NCBI RefSeq assembly: GCF_044704955.1
Contig: NC_091994.1
Coordinates: 23,312,001 to 23,376,000, forward strand
Length of the DNA stretch: 64,000 nucleotides
From: Pristiophorus japonicus
Taxonomy: Eukaryota
Direction: 5' to 3'
Part shown: positions 63,831 through 64,000 of the stretch, piece after piece
How positions within the stretch are numbered: position 1 is the stretch's first letter
Layout: each line of letters begins with the position of its first letter
Notes under the pieces: model-generated
The model's input: the letters and a program-made list of their open reading frames with translations, nothing else
Database searches by the model: none
Told to the model about the DNA's origin: nothing
Made by a program: the position numbers and the translations under genes

Positions 63831-64000
63831 ATTCCCCTGATGTCCAATATTTGAAACTACTTGTGGCAAGACACAATATCCTGGCAGCCTTTTGATCACT
63901 TTTTGAACAAGTAATCAAGCTTTTATAATTGGCAGCAGAGAGGGTGGGTAGGTGTGCAAACTGCTCTTAACCCTCTGAGACCGATGCCAGAAGTGGAGTG

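Overview
This is eukaryotic genomic DNA, most likely from a cartilaginous fish (shark), judging by its repeat families. The window covers the internal part of a + strand REXO1 (RNA exonuclease 1 homolog / Elongin-A-binding protein 1)-type gene. Ten coding exons (2-11 by human numbering) have GT-AG boundaries and mutually consistent phases. Exon 1 and the DEDDh exonuclease exons lie outside the window. The introns are filled with CR1, L2 and RTE LINEs, Deu-domain and older tRNA-derived SINEs, a truncated Mag-type Gypsy LTR element and several PIF/Harbinger-type DNA elements. The most notable structure is in intron 5: a Harbinger element that appears to have only one TIR. Its transposase is broken by many frameshifts, while its sense-oriented, three-exon Myb/SANT gene stays open (~469 aa). 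That gene can be spliced in frame from REXO1 exon 5, making it a candidate host-transposon fusion analogous to CSB-PGBD3. This is an inference from sequence only. Repeat boundaries are approximate unless TIRs/TSDs are given, and family names come from recall rather than database searches.
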